The notes under the pieces: generated by a model | The model's database searches: none | The model's input: the letters and a program-made list of their open reading frames with translations, nothing else | What the model was told of the DNA's origin: nothing | Program-made: the position numbers and the translations under genes | NCBI GenBank assembly: GCA_044225365.1 | Contig: JBGAIQ010000041.1 | Span: 1-52,543, forward strand | DNA length: 52,543 nt | Source of the DNA: Planctomycetota bacterium | GTDB taxonomy: Bacteria; Planctomycetota; B15-G4; JADJEK01 | Reading direction: 5' to 3' | Shown: positions 52,514 through 52,543 of the stretch, piece after piece | Position numbering within the stretch: the first letter of the stretch is position 1 | Layout of the letters: each line of letters opens with the position of its first letter

Positions 52514-52543
52514 ATGAAGATCGATCCCCTCGCCGGGCAGACC
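52514..52543 (+). CDS. Possible start of phosphoglucomutase (3'-partial)
   Basis: Only 10 codons visible (MKIDPLAGQT), resembling the M..(S/H)PLAG(K/Q) N-terminus of glucose-specific Pgm. Confidence 0.3.
   Translation, partial: MKIDPLAGQT

Overview
A high-GC bacterial window (hand-counted lines about 70% GC) with about 30 CDSs. Gene content suggests a planctomycete (inference): a DUF1570-like zincin, carboxypeptidase-regulatory repeats, FG-GAP proteins and a TM-extended ECF sigma factor. I recognised no rRNA, tRNA, CRISPR array or transposase. Recognisable genes are NAD(P)HX epimerase, methylmalonyl-CoA epimerase, an FAD monooxygenase, a polyferredoxin-TPR protein, a pteridine-reductase-like SDR, a LOG protein, an M19 dipeptidase, an amidohydrolase, an RlmL-like methyltransferase, a GNAT, an aldehyde dehydrogenase, a SWIM-SNF2 helicase, an MBL hydrolase, a GH26, a BNR/VPS10 protein, a ~2,900-aa cyclic beta-1,2-glucan synthase, an ECF sigma and an S9 peptidase. 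Main points for follow-up: (1) four to five otherwise unrelated exported proteins share a ~125-aa beta-rich module (G-x-G...LF.G...LLV.P...AGN...LP...QA...D.G...(S/T)NG), a candidate uncharacterised sorting/anchoring domain; (2) one carrier has collinear lysyl-oxidase motifs, including the LTQ Lys/Tyr pair, but lacks the His triad; (3) a LOG-DUF952 (ART-fold) fusion; (4) a small secretin-like lipoprotein; (5) a REP-like palindrome family at four loci with compensatory stem changes, one array read in frame as a protein tail; (6) a low-GC islet near the right end. All calls come from motif reading by eye; no searches were run.
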